A stretch of 37,818 nt of DNA, taken from Myxococcota bacterium. Lineage in GTDB: Bacteria > Myxococcota > XYA12-FULL-58-9 > JALHOP01. Below are positions 17,965 to 27,685 of the stretch, in pieces (position 1 is the first letter of the stretch; the number at the start of each line of letters is the position of its first letter). The DNA is taken from contig JBGGMJ010000190.1 of NCBI GenBank assembly GCA_041288095.1, forward strand, positions 1 to 37,818, given 5' to 3'. Position numbers and translations under genes: made by a program. The notes under the pieces were generated by a model. The model ran no database searches. It was given only the letters and a program-made list of their open reading frames with translations, and was not told the origin of the DNA.

Positions 17965-20900
17965 ATGCCACGTCGTAACGACCTGAAACGTATCCTCGTC
18001 GTTGGTTCCGGCCCCATCGTCATCGGACAAGCCTGCGAGTTCGACTATTCGGGCACGCAGGCCATCAAGGCGCTGCGGGCCGAGGGCTACGAGGTCGTCC
18101 TCGTGAACTCGAACCCGGCGACCATCATGACGGACCCGGAGCTCGCCGACCGCACCTACATCGAGCCGCTCACCGTCGAGACTCTCGAGGCGATCATCGC
18201 CAAGGAGAAGCCGGACGCCATCTTGCCCACCGTCGGTGGCCAGACCGCGCTCAACTTGACGCTCGCTTTAGCGGACAAGGGCATTCTCGACAAATACAAG
18301 GTCAAGATGATCGGCGCGCAAGCCCAGGCGATTCGCGTCGCCGAGGACCGCCAGCTCTTCCGCGAGGCCATGACCGAGATTGGTCTCGAGACCGCCAAGA
18401 GCGTGGTCGCCACGACCTTGGAGCAAGCGCGCGCCTTCGCCGACAAGACCGGCTTCCCGATGATCATCCGCCCATCCTTCACCCTCGGCGGCAGCGGCGG
18501 CGGCATCGCCTACAACGCCGAAGAGCTCGAGACCATCGTCAAGCGCGGTCTCGCGCTGTCGCCGACCGGCCAGGTGCTCGTCGAAGAGTCACTGCTCGGC
18601 TGGAAGGAATTCGAGCTCGAGGTCATGCGCGATCACCGCGACAACGTGGTCATCGTTTGCAGCATCGAGAACGTCGATCCAATGGGTGTGCACACCGGTG
18701 ACTCGATCACGGTCGCGCCAGCGCAGACGCTCACCGACCAAGAATATCAGCGCATGCGTGACGCTTCCGCGGCCATCTTGCGCAAAGTCGGTGTCGAGAC
18801 CGGCGGCTCGAACGTCCAGTTCGCTGTCGATCCCAACAGTGGGCGGCAAATCGTCATCGAGATGAATCCCCGCGTTTCGCGCTCGTCCGCTTTGGCGTCC
18901 AAGGCCACCGGCTTTCCCATCGCCAAGATCGCCGCCAAGCTCTCCGTCGGCTACACCCTCGACGAGATCGCCAACGACATCACCAAGAAGACGCCGGCCG
19001 CCTTCGAACCGACGCTCGACTACGTAGTCACCAAGATCCCGAAGTTCGCCTTCGAGAAGTTCCGTGGCAGCGACGAGACGCTGGGCACGCAGATGAAGTC
19101 GGTCGGCGAGGCCATGGCCATGGGGCGCACCCTGAAGGAGTCGTTCTTCAAGGCGCTCCGTTCGATGGAGGCCAAGAACCCCTACCGCCCGTGGGACCTG
19201 CCGCGCGAAGAGATCGTCAAGCGCCTGCAGTCACCGAACGAGAACCGCATCCGCATCGTCATCGCGGCGCTCGAGAACGGCTTCTCGGTCGACGAGGTGG
19301 CGCGTCTCACGCACATCGACCCGTGGTTTCTCGATCAGTTCGAGCAGTTCGCTTCGTTGCAGCGCGACCTGCGCGGCATGAAATGGAAGGACGTCGACGA
19401 CGACACCCTGCGCCGCGCCAAGGAGTACGGCTTCTCGGATCGCCGCATCGCCGACCTGGTCAAGATCTCCGAGAAGGAGGTGCGCGACCGCCGCCATCAG
19501 ATGGGCCTCATCCCCGTCTACAAGCGCGTCGATACCTGCGCCGCCGAGTTCGAGTCGTACACACCGTACTTCTACTCGACCTACGAGCAAGAAGACGAAG
19601 CCAAGCCCGAGCCCGGCCGCAAGGTCGTCATTCTCGGCAGCGGTCCCAACCGCATCGGCCAAGGCATCGAGTTCGACTACGCGTGCTGCCACGCGAGCTT
19701 CGCCCTGCGCGAGGCCGGCGTGCAGAGCATCATGATCAACTGCAACCCCGAGACCGTTTCGACGGACTACGACACGAGTGACCGGCTCTACTTCGAGCCG
19801 CTCACCCTCGAGGACGTGCTCGAGGTGGTGAACGCCGAGAAGCCCGAGGGCGTCATCGTCCAGTTCGGCGGTCAGACCCCGCTCAATCTCACCAAGCCCT
19901 TGGCCGAGGCCGGCGTGAAGATCATGGGCACGCCGGCGGACAGCGTCGACCTCGCGGAGGATCGCGAGCGCTTCAACAAGCTGCTCGACCAGCTCGGCGT
20001 TACCTATCCGCCGCACGCCTTCGCGACGCGCGCCGAAGACGCCGTCGAGATCGCCAAGAAGGTCGGCTTCCCCGTGTTGGTGCGCCCGTCGTTCGTCTTG
20101 GGTGGTCGCGCCATGGCCATCGTCTACAGCGAGAGCGACCTCATGCAATACGTGCGCGAGGCATTCGACGCGGCGCCCCCGAACGGCAGCGTGCTCATCG
20201 ATCGCTTCCTCGAGGACGCGCTCGAATTCGATGTGGACGCTTTGGCGGACGGTAAGGACTGCATCATCGCTGGTGTCATGCAGCACATCGAATATGCCGG
20301 TGTGCACAGCGGTGACTCGACCGCGGTGCTGCCGGCCTATCAAGTCGCGCCGGAGATAGAGCGCGAGATGCGTGAAACGACGAAGAAGCTCGCCAAGGCC
20401 CTGAAGGTCGTCGGCCTGATGAACATCCAGTTCGCGGTCACTGTCGGCAAGGTCTACGTGCTCGAGGTGAACCCGCGAGCTTCGCGCACCGTGCCGTTCA
20501 TCGCCAAGGCATCCGGTGTGCCGCTCGCCAAGATGGCGACCCGCCTGATGCTCGGCGAGACCTTGGCGTCGCTCGGTCTCACCAAGGACATCACCGTCGA
20601 CCGTTTCTTCGTGAAGGCTCCGGTCTTCCCCTTCGTGAAGTTCCCCGGCGTCGACCCGAAGCTCTCGCCGGAGATGAAGTCGACCGGCGAGGTCATGGGT
20701 ATCGCCAAGGACGTCGGCGAGGCCTTCTACAAGGCGATGCTGGGCGCTGGTACGCGCTTGCCCAAGGACGGCACGCTCCTCGTCACCGTCTCCGACCGCG
20801 ACAAGAAGGCGGCGCTGCCGGTGGTGAAGCGTTTCGCCGAGCTGGGCTTCAAGCTCGCCGCGACCGGCGGCACCGCGAAGTTTCTCCGCGAAAACGGACT

Positions 20901-21171
20901 CGAAGTGCGCGATATGTTGCGCCTCTCCGAGGGTCGCCCGAACATCGACGACTACATCAAGAGCGGTGAGATCGCCCTGATCATCAACACCCCGTTCGGC
21001 GGCACGTCATTCAAGGACGGAGCGCGCATGCGCTCGACGGCGGTGCAGCACAACGTGCCGATCATCACGACGATCCCCGGAGCGGACGCCGCCGCATCGG
21101 CCATTGCTTCGATGCGAGCGGGTCGCGCGTCCGAGGTCGTCTCGCTTCAGGAGATTTACGCCTCGGCGTAA
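17965..21171 (+). CDS. carB: Carbamoyl-phosphate synthase large subunit
   Basis: [55 protein letters not shown], duplicated ATP-grasp and C-terminal MGS domain; 1068 aa. Confidence 0.99.
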   Translation: MPRRNDLKRILVVGSGPIVIGQACEFDYSGTQAIKALRAEGYEVVLVNSNPATIMTDPELADRTYIEPLTVETLEAIIAKEKPDAILPTVGGQTALNLTLALADKGILDKYKVKMIGAQAQAIRVAEDRQLFREAMTEIGLETAKSVVATTLEQARAFADKTGFPMIIRPSFTLGGSGGGIAYNAEELETIVKRGLALSPTGQVLVEESLLGWKEFELEVMRDHRDNVVIVCSIENVDPMGVHTGDSITVAPAQTLTDQEYQRMRDASAAILRKVGVETGGSNVQFAVDPNSGRQIVIEMNPRVSRSSALASKATGFPIAKIAAKLSVGYTLDEIANDITKKTPAAFEPTLDYVVTKIPKFAFEKFRGSDETLGTQMKSVGEAMAMGRTLKESFFKALRSMEAKNPYRPWDLPREEIVKRLQSPNENRIRIVIAALENGFSVDEVARLTHIDPWFLDQFEQFASLQRDLRGMKWKDVDDDTLRRAKEYGFSDRRIADLVKISEKEVRDRRHQMGLIPVYKRVDTCAAEFESYTPYFYSTYEQEDEAKPEPGRKVVILGSGPNRIGQGIEFDYACCHASFALREAGVQSIMINCNPETVSTDYDTSDRLYFEPLTLEDVLEVVNAEKPEGVIVQFGGQTPLNLTKPLAEAGVKIMGTPADSVDLAEDRERFNKLLDQLGVTYPPHAFATRAEDAVEIAKKVGFPVLVRPSFVLGGRAMAIVYSESDLMQYVREAFDAAPPNGSVLIDRFLEDALEFDVDALADGKDCIIAGVMQHIEYAGVHSGDSTAVLPAYQVAPEIEREMRETTKKLAKALKVVGLMNIQFAVTVGKVYVLEVNPRASRTVPFIAKASGVPLAKMATRLMLGETLASLGLTKDITVDRFFVKAPVFPFVKFPGVDPKLSPEMKSTGEVMGIAKDVGEAFYKAMLGAGTRLPKDGTLLVTVSDRDKKAALPVVKRFAELGFKLAATGGTAKFLRENGLEVRDMLRLSEGRPNIDDYIKSGEIALIINTPFGGTSFKDGARMRSTAVQHNVPIITTIPGADAAASAIASMRAGRASEVVSLQEIYASA

Positions 21172-21185
21172 ACCCTGAGGGGAAA

Positions 21186-21635
21186 CTAGTTCGACTTCTC
21201 TTCTTTCTTGGGCGGAGTGCAGTCGAGATTCACCGGAACCTCGCTGATCTTCTTGCCGAGCGCCGTGCGCACACCGGCGATGGCCGCGAGGTTGGCCTCC
21301 GCGACGCCGAGGGTCTTCTGGGCGCCTTCGATCAGCGGCGATTCCGGGGTCTCGGCCGGCGCCATCTTGGTGATCGACTGGAAGACGAGCTCCGCGGCGG
21401 AGCAGCGGAAGGTCTTCTCGACCGTGTTACCGACGTTCTGGGCCTCGGTGGTGAGGTAGTCCTTGGTCTTTTGCAGACCGAGGCCGGCCTTAGCGGCGCC
21501 GATGGCGACATCGGCCTGAGCGCTGACCACGCCAAGCTTCTTTAGGGCCTTCTGGCCCGCTTCGTTGATGGCCTTCTGGTCGTCGGCCTGAGTCGGGACT
21601 TGCGGGGTGGACGGCGGTGCCGAAACGCTGGTCAT
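21186..21635 (-). CDS. Hypothetical 149-aa protein
   Basis: ATG preceded by a GAGGA Shine-Dalgarno; strong high-GC codon bias; Ser/Pro/Thr-rich N-terminus followed by helical sequence. Confidence 0.78.
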   Translation of the reverse strand: MTSVSAPPSTPQVPTQADDQKAINEAGQKALKKLGVVSAQADVAIGAAKAGLGLQKTKDYLTTEAQNVGNTVEKTFRCSAAELVFQSITKMAPAETPESPLIEGAQKTLGVAEANLAAIAGVRTALGKKISEVPVNLDCTPPKKEEKSN

Positions 21636-21739
21636 AGAGTTCCTCGGGAAATAGCGGGTGGCTGTGTGGCCACGTTATCGACACCGCCCGAAGCGCGTTG
21701 CGTGACACAATGACGTGACGACAGTGACGCCGTTGCGCG

Positions 21740-22348
21740 TCAGCTCTGCTCGCGCGTGATCCAGCGCCTAACCTTCGGCATCGGATGGGTCCGTAGCGCC
21801 TGAACGAGGCCTTTGGCGTCGGTTTCGACCACGAACAGGCTCTGGTGGGTTTCGGGTACGAAGCCCTGAGTGACAGCCGTTTCGATCATGCGAATGAGCG
21901 GGTCGAAATAGCCCGCGACGTTCAGGATACCGATGGGCTTGGCGTGGATGCCGAGCTGCGCCCAGGTGAGGATCTCGAAGAGCTCGTCGAAGGTGCCGAA
22001 GCCACCAGGCATGGCGATGAAGGCGTCGGCGAGGTCGCTCATCGCCTGCTTGCGGGCGTGCATGCTCTCGACGACGGTCAGCTCGGTGAGGCTCGCGTGC
22101 ATGACCTCTTTCGAGGCGAGGCCGCGCGGGATGACGCCGTGGACCCGGCCGCTCTGAACCAGGATTTCGTCGGCGAGGACACCCATGAGGCCGACCGAGG
22201 CGCCGCCATAAACCAGCTCGATGTGCTCCTTGGCGAAGACGCGACCCAGCGCCCCGGCTGCTTCGGCGTATTCGGGATGCGCACCCATGGACGAGCCGGT
22301 GAACACGCAGATTCGGTTGAGCTGACGGGGGGGCATTGGGTCCTTCAT
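21740..22348 (-). CDS. LOG family nucleoside-monophosphate phosphoribohydrolase (TIGR00730-type)
   Basis: ICVFTGS, LVYGGASVGLMG, MHARK and PGGFGTFDELFE motifs. ATG at 22348 overlaps the upstream TGA (ATGA). Confidence 0.95.
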   Translation of the reverse strand: MKDPMPPRQLNRICVFTGSSMGAHPEYAEAAGALGRVFAKEHIELVYGGASVGLMGVLADEILVQSGRVHGVIPRGLASKEVMHASLTELTVVESMHARKQAMSDLADAFIAMPGGFGTFDELFEILTWAQLGIHAKPIGILNVAGYFDPLIRMIETAVTQGFVPETHQSLFVVETDAKGLVQALRTHPMPKVRRWITREQS

Positions 22349-23802
22349 AACACGCTTGCGACCTCGGGGCGCTCGCACGTCCACAGCACGATCGGGCTGC
22401 GCCGCCTATTGTGTTCCGGGTTCAAACGATAGGCGAGTTGGTCGAAGAAGCTACTCCTGAAGACCGCCTCGCGCCGGCAGTCGAGAGCCATGGCCTCGAG
22501 CAGCAGCTCCATCTTGAAGCCGTCGCTCTCGAACGCGAGGAAGCGATTCGCGGGCGTGTCGTCGGCGTCGAGGTCGCGCATGGCCCGCCTGAGCCAGACC
22601 GCGTCGACCTCTCCGTTGCGGCGGACAGGGAGCGGGCTGTCACCGAGGAAAAAACTCGGCACCTCGGGGCCCAAGGCGATGACCGCGCGTGCCTCCGCGT
22701 CGTGTCTCAGGCGAGTAAGCGCCTCGCGTTGACCGGCTTGGCTCTGATGGGTGACCGCGACCCCTAGGGCCACGGCGTGCACGGCCACGAACCAGACGGC
22801 GAGTGCTGGTTGCATGCGACGTGCGAGGCCCGCCGCGAGCAACACCAAGAAGAGCGGCAGCGCCGGCGCCATGAAGCGCTCCTCCTTGTGTGGGATGAGC
22901 ATGTGGGCGAGCACGAACAAGAAGAACGGCAGCCAGACGAGCCGCAGGCCGCGGGCTTCGCGCCACATCGCCGGCACGAGGGTGATGGTGACGGGCGGGA
23001 TGGTGAGCACGAGCCAGATCCACAGATAGGTCGTCGCGCTCATCCGCGTGAGCGTCTCGTGCGGAGCCGCGTTCGCCAGGATGTTGTTCCAGAGCGGTTG
23101 GAACGGCACTCCGACGGTGCTCTTGTCGAAGCGCCCCTGGATGACGAGCGCGAGCAAGCCGCCGGCCGCGAGGTACGCCAGGTCGCGCCAGCGCCTCCGC
23201 AGGGCGAAGTGCGCGGCCACGCCGATGGCGATCACCGCGACTTGGTAGCGCAACCAACAGGCGAGGCCGATGAGGATGCCCGCGAACAAGACGCCGAGAC
23301 CCGTCATGGTCGCGCACCACAAGCCGAAGATCAGGGGCGGGATGGCCATGGCTTCGATGAGCAGACGCGTGCCGAGGTAGGGCATGGCGAAGTGCACCGC
23401 CGTGAGCCACGTCGCGATGCGCGCGCCTTTCGGCGGTAGGAGGACCGACGCGAGCAGCCACATGCCCCACACCGCGAGCAGCGAGTACGCTCCAGCGCAC
23501 AGGTGCAAGATGCGCAGCAAGCTCTCGGGCTCGGTGACGCCGGCGGCGCGCGCAATGAAGACCACGAGCTCCACGAGCCGCGGGACGAGCTGTGACCGCA
23601 AGCCCGCGCCGGGCAGATCGCTCGTTTCCCAGACGAAGGCCGGGTCGTCGAGCCAGGCGAGCGCCGGCGCCAGCACGTGGAAATAGTCGTCGCGGGCATG
23701 GAAGCCGATGCCGACGAGGGCGCTGACCAGACGCGCCAGGGCGCCCGCGACCAACGCCGCGAGCAGGGTGTGCCGCGTCAACCATTCGACGATGCGGGTC
23801 AC
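22345..23802 (-). CDS. GT22 (PIG-B/Alg9-like) multi-TM mannosyltransferase, GT-C fold
   Basis: First-loop motif FHARDDYFHVLAPA and late motif HMLIPHKEERF; many hydrophobic segments. GTG 23802 overlaps the upstream TGA, so the ORF-track start at 24024 is unlikely. Confidence 0.8.
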   Translation of the reverse strand: MTRIVEWLTRHTLLAALVAGALARLVSALVGIGFHARDDYFHVLAPALAWLDDPAFVWETSDLPGAGLRSQLVPRLVELVVFIARAAGVTEPESLLRILHLCAGAYSLLAVWGMWLLASVLLPPKGARIATWLTAVHFAMPYLGTRLLIEAMAIPPLIFGLWCATMTGLGVLFAGILIGLACWLRYQVAVIAIGVAAHFALRRRWRDLAYLAAGGLLALVIQGRFDKSTVGVPFQPLWNNILANAAPHETLTRMSATTYLWIWLVLTIPPVTITLVPAMWREARGLRLVWLPFFLFVLAHMLIPHKEERFMAPALPLFLVLLAAGLARRMQPALAVWFVAVHAVALGVAVTHQSQAGQREALTRLRHDAEARAVIALGPEVPSFFLGDSPLPVRRNGEVDAVWLRRAMRDLDADDTPANRFLAFESDGFKMELLLEAMALDCRREAVFRSSFFDQLAYRLNPEHNRRRSPIVLWTCERPEVASVL

Positions 23803-24698
23803 GGGTTGGGATGCGTGCGCAGCTTGTACGCGAGAAAACGCCGTACCTGGCGCAGTGTCCGCTCGCCCGCCTGCGTCCGCCAGCCGCTGGCCTTGCAGTA
23901 GGCGTGGACGAAGCGCTCTTCGGCTTCCGGCCGGCGCGGCACCACGAAACGCAGCGCCTGATAGAGGTTGATCATCCGCTTTCGCGGTGTGAGATGGAAG
24001 GCGACGCGGCCGAGGTCGAGCCACACGAGGCCGTAGGTCTCGCCTTTGGGCTCGGGCACGAACGCGTGAAACCCCTTCAGGTCGCCGTGGAAGAAGCCGA
24101 GCGCGTGCGTCGATGCGAGTGCCCGCGCGGCGCGGTCGAGCGCCTCGTCGCCACCCATTTGTAAATCGGTCTCGAGGACGTCGGTCCAGGTGGGCAGGGT
24201 GGGATCGAGCTCCGTCTGAATCTGGATGGCGCGCCGCAATAGCGGACCACTGCGCAGCTCGAGATAACCAGCGCTCTTGGTGGCGGCGAGCTCGAGGGTT
24301 TCGGCGCGCAGCTGGTTGTGGTGCTCGCGTCGCGCTATCGAGCGGCCGAGCAGCCCGTGCACGGTGTTGCCGAAGCCGACGGTCTCGGCGACCTTGATGA
24401 TGCGCGGCCCGGCCTCGGTGTGGAGGGGCACGACGAAGCGCTTGAGGCGGCCTTTGCGCAGCGCCTCGCGCTTGCCGTCGCGGTCATCCTTGGCTGACCC
24501 GAGATCGGCGTGCGTGAGCAGCGGCAGCTCCTGTGACAAGACGCGGTCGCGTACGGTCTCGATGATGCGCACCAGTCCATCCGCGTCCTCGCCAATACCG
24601 ACAGAGCCGCGGACGAAGCCGCTCTGCGTGGCGCGCTCGATGGTCTGCCAGGGGGTGGTCAAGCGGAGCCCGTCATATTCGGGAAGGGGGCATCTCAC
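23799..24698 (-). CDS. Lipopolysaccharide kinase-like protein (Kdo/WaaP/InaA superfamily)
   Basis: IIK, RREH, FFHGDLKGFH, WLDLGR and RMINLYQ...FVHAY match the WaaP/InaA-like layout. Start uncertain: GTG 24698 or GTG 24752. Confidence 0.72.
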   Translation of the reverse strand: MRCPLPEYDGLRLTTPWQTIERATQSGFVRGSVGIGEDADGLVRIIETVRDRVLSQELPLLTHADLGSAKDDRDGKREALRKGRLKRFVVPLHTEAGPRIIKVAETVGFGNTVHGLLGRSIARREHHNQLRAETLELAATKSAGYLELRSGPLLRRAIQIQTELDPTLPTWTDVLETDLQMGGDEALDRAARALASTHALGFFHGDLKGFHAFVPEPKGETYGLVWLDLGRVAFHLTPRKRMINLYQALRFVVPRRPEAEERFVHAYCKASGWRTQAGERTLRQVRRFLAYKLRTHPNP

Positions 24699-24754
24699 AA
24701 CCTGGTTGGGCCTCAAGTTGCAGGCCGCCCTCCCGCCGACTATCACTCCCACCC

Positions 24755-26104
24755 GTGATCGTCTCCGCTGCCCGCATCTACGTCGACGGCGTCGTCAAGA
24801 AGGACGTGGCGCTCGAGCTCGGTCCCGATGGCCGGGTCAAAGGTCTGGTGCCGCGAGTCCAGGCGAAGCTCGACCTAGGCGAGCGCCTACTGGTGCCCGG
24901 CGCCGTGAACGCGCATTCGCACGCCTTTCAGCGCTTGCTGCGTGGCCGGACTCAGGCGGCGAGCTCCACGGACGACAACTTCTGGTCGTGGCGCGAGATC
25001 ATGTACCGCGCCGCCGGCACGCTCGATCCCGAAGGCATTCGCACCGCCTCACGGCAGGCGTTCCTCGAGATGGCGCTCTCGGGCATTACCACCGTTGGTG
25101 AGTTTCACTACCTGCACCACGCCCCAGATGGGACTCCGTACTCCGATCCGCTGGCGACGGCGCGTGCGCTGATTGCCGCCGCTGGTGATGTCGGCATCCG
25201 GCTTTGCCTCATTCGGACCATCTATCTGCGCGGTGACTTCGACACGCCGCCCTCGGAGCTGCAGCGTCGCTTTTGCGATCCGTCCCTCGACGCCGCCTGC
25301 GCCGCCATCGACGAGCTGGTGAAGCTCGAGACGCCGATGGTCAGCGTCGCGGTGGCCGCCCATAGTGTGCGTGCCGTGGCGATCGGGGACATTCGCGCGG
25401 CCAAAGAACGCTATCGCGGACGGTCTTTCCACCTGCACGTCTCGGAGCAGCCGCGCGAAGTCGAGCAGTGCCTGGCCAAGACCGGCAAGGCTCCGGTGGC
25501 GCTCCTCGCGCAGGCAGGCGTGCTCGACAAGGACACGACGCTGGTGCACGCGACGCACCTGCGCGACGGTGAGGTGAGCGCGATCGCCCAGTCCGGCGCG
25601 ACCGTTTGCATTTGTCCGTCCACCGAAGCGGACCTGGGGGACGGCCTGGGACCGGTGCGCGCGCTCTTCGATGCCGGCGTGCCGATGGCTCTGGGGACCG
25701 ACGGCCAGACGCTCTTGTCGCTGCTCGAGGAGGGCAGGCGGCTCGAGATGCATGCGCGCTTGCAGCACCAGCGGCGCAACGTCGTGACCCGCGCCGGCGG
25801 AGACTCGAGCGCCAAGGCCTGTTTCGACAGCATGACCGTGCACGGCGCCCGCGCGCTCGGCATCGATGCGGGTCGCTTCGCACCCGGCTCGATCGGTGAC
25901 TTCGTGACCTACGATCTGCGCGACCCGGCGCTCGTTGGTTGCGATGACGACTCGCTGCTCGCCGCGTTGGTCTTTTCGACGGACAGCCGCGCCGTCCGTG
26001 ACGTCTGCGTCGGTGGGCGCCTCATCGTGCGTGACGGCAAATACACCCGTATTTCCGAGCACAGCGACGCCTACGTCAAGCTGACCCGGCAGCTCTTCGG
26101 CTAG
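24755..26104 (+). CDS. hutF: Formimidoylglutamate deiminase (amidohydrolase family)
   Basis: PGAVNAHSHAFQR, FWSWREIMY, VGEFHYLHH, AHSVRAV, HVSEQPREV and CPSTEADLGDG motifs. Confidence 0.93.
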   Translation: MIVSAARIYVDGVVKKDVALELGPDGRVKGLVPRVQAKLDLGERLLVPGAVNAHSHAFQRLLRGRTQAASSTDDNFWSWREIMYRAAGTLDPEGIRTASRQAFLEMALSGITTVGEFHYLHHAPDGTPYSDPLATARALIAAAGDVGIRLCLIRTIYLRGDFDTPPSELQRRFCDPSLDAACAAIDELVKLETPMVSVAVAAHSVRAVAIGDIRAAKERYRGRSFHLHVSEQPREVEQCLAKTGKAPVALLAQAGVLDKDTTLVHATHLRDGEVSAIAQSGATVCICPSTEADLGDGLGPVRALFDAGVPMALGTDGQTLLSLLEEGRRLEMHARLQHQRRNVVTRAGGDSSAKACFDSMTVHGARALGIDAGRFAPGSIGDFVTYDLRDPALVGCDDDSLLAALVFSTDSRAVRDVCVGGRLIVRDGKYTRISEHSDAYVKLTRQLFG

Positions 26105-26128
26105 CCAGCCAAGAAGCGCAGGCGGTCG

Positions 26129-26158
26129 TTGACACCGCGGCGCGGCTTACGTTAGATG
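26129..26158 (+). promoter_or_regulatory. Sigma70-type promoter of tRNA-Pro
   Basis: Perfect TTGACA at 26129-26134, weak -10 (TTAGAT or TAGATG) 17-18 nt downstream, then a GC-rich discriminator just before the tRNA. Confidence 0.6.
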
Positions 26159-26168
26159 CCGCCTCCCT

Positions 26169-26242
26169 CGGGGTGTAGCTCAGCCTGGTAGAGCGCTTGG
26201 TTCGGGACCAAGAGGTCGCATGTTCGAATCCTGTCACCCCGA
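26169..26242 (+). tRNA. tRNA-Pro (anticodon CGG)
   Basis: Acceptor stem CGGGGTG/CACCCCG, D arm GCTC/GAGC, anticodon arm CTTGG-TTCGGGA-CCAAG, T loop TTCGAAT, discriminator A. Followed by CCT, so CCA is not fully encoded. Confidence 0.96.
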
Positions 26243-26247
26243 CCTGT

Positions 26248-26284
26248 AAGCCCGCAGCGTCTTTCATGGTGCTGCGGGCTTTTT
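26248..26284 (+). terminator. Rho-independent terminator after tRNA-Pro
   Basis: Perfect 11-bp stem AAGCCCGCAGC/GCTGCGGGCTT with a T run. It also lies just past the stop of the convergent lipoprotein gene. Confidence 0.85.
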
Positions 26285-26285
26285 C

Positions 26286-27587
26286 TTACTGCTCCACGCA
26301 GAGGACCGGCCGGGGGACATCGCAAGCGCGGTCGATGCCCGCGAAGGCGACGGACAACACGTTCCCGGTCCCGGTTACGCCGTTCAGCCCGGCGTTGTCC
26401 GAGAGCCAGTTGGCGCAGCTGTTTCCCGGCTCCCAGATGTAGGCACCGGCGACCACTGCGATCTGGATCCCGGTCCAATAGACGTCATCTCTCCCGGTCG
26501 TCGTGTTCTGTGGCGGGTCGGTGAGCTCACCCCGGGCGCTCGCGCGCGCAATCACTGTCGCGCCGTCGCCGCGCACGTAGTTGTAGCCCGGCTTCATGAC
26601 CCAGGTGGCCGTGTTCGGAAGCCGAGTGCTCGCGATGAGCAACGCCTTGTACGAAGCGGCGCCCTGCAGGCTGCACCCTAAGTCAGCGGCAAGCAGCCAG
26701 CTGACGCCGCCCCAATCCACGGTGCTCGGCGCCAGCTGGTTCGACAGCACGATGCGACGCTCTTCGTCGACGACAGTGACCTCGACCGTGCCCGCGGTTG
26801 CTCCGGCGTACGCCGCGTCGCCGGATGTCGGGCCGAAGCCGACATGGAACACGAGGTCGCCATTGCGGACGTCGTCGTCGAAGGCCGACATCGTAACCGG
26901 CACCGGAACGTTCCAATTCGAGGCATCGAACAGGAGTGAGCTCGGCGATACGCTGGCGCGCACGCTCGACCCGCTGCTGACCGGCACCGTCACTGTCCCG
27001 GCGGGCCTGGTGGCGAGCGACACGGTCGTCACCTCGAGCGGCGGACCAGTCTCGAGCAGCGTTCGCGCGGTCATCGAGCTCAAGACAATAGAGGCCACGT
27101 CATCGTCGACGACGGTGACGATCACGTCGGGAGCAGCGAGGTCTCCGTACGTCGGATCGGCACTCGATGCCACGCCGAGCACGACGGTGACGCTTTCGTC
27201 ATTGTCATCCACCGGTGGCTCATCATCGAGCCCGGTGACGTCGACGGTGACCCCCGTGCTCCAGTTGAAGGCGTGGAGCGTGATGGTCGCGGGGCTGAGC
27301 GCGACCCTGGCCGCGGGTGAGGCGCTGACAGACAGGGAAACGGGAGCGGTCGGCCGCGTTCGCAGGCTCACCCGAAAGGTGTCCTGGGCTCCAGTCTCGC
27401 CAACGACCACCCCGCCCGCGGTGTCGACGATGAAGCCCGGCACGTCGTCGTCGGTGTGAACCTCGCAGCGGTCCCCATCACCGTCCGCCACAGCGTCTTC
27501 GGTACAATCTTCGTCTCCCGCACCCGCCGGCGGGAAGCTCAGGCACGCGGGAAGTAGGAGTATGGCGAGCGAAGCGGCACAGCGCAC
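26286..27587 (-). CDS. Lipoprotein with two Calx-beta/cadherin-like repeats and a C-terminal DUF1554 (endostatin-like) domain
   Basis: Lipobox LLPAC. Two ~110-aa repeats (ETG..VSL.TRP..V..SP..NW..V..DD..D..Y..V.VVDD/E). C-terminal GG..AD..C..YKALL..W..KP..Y.R.DG..YWTG pattern. Confidence 0.75.
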   Translation of the reverse strand: MRCAASLAILLLPACLSFPPAGAGDEDCTEDAVADGDGDRCEVHTDDDVPGFIVDTAGGVVVGETGAQDTFRVSLRTRPTAPVSLSVSASPAARVALSPATITLHAFNWSTGVTVDVTGLDDEPPVDDNDESVTVVLGVASSADPTYGDLAAPDVIVTVVDDDVASIVLSSMTARTLLETGPPLEVTTVSLATRPAGTVTVPVSSGSSVRASVSPSSLLFDASNWNVPVPVTMSAFDDDVRNGDLVFHVGFGPTSGDAAYAGATAGTVEVTVVDEERRIVLSNQLAPSTVDWGGVSWLLAADLGCSLQGAASYKALLIASTRLPNTATWVMKPGYNYVRGDGATVIARASARGELTDPPQNTTTGRDDVYWTGIQIAVVAGAYIWEPGNSCANWLSDNAGLNGVTGTGNVLSVAFAGIDRACDVPRPVLCVEQ

Positions 27588-27685
27588 CCAAGGACTATAG
27601 CCCGGGCGCCGAGGTTGCGCTCACAACCCCGGGTTGAGGGCGCGTGGGGGCCCTGGCATGCTCTCAGTGGCCGTCCAAAAGGCAC

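Noticed and set aside
23803..24024. N-terminal extension of the mannosyltransferase in the ORF track
   Set aside because: It overlaps the kinase gene; GTG 23802 gives a clean stop/start coupling.
19231..26062. Antisense ORFs over carB (370 aa) and hutF (337 aa)
   Set aside because: They are shadow frames of well-supported genes.
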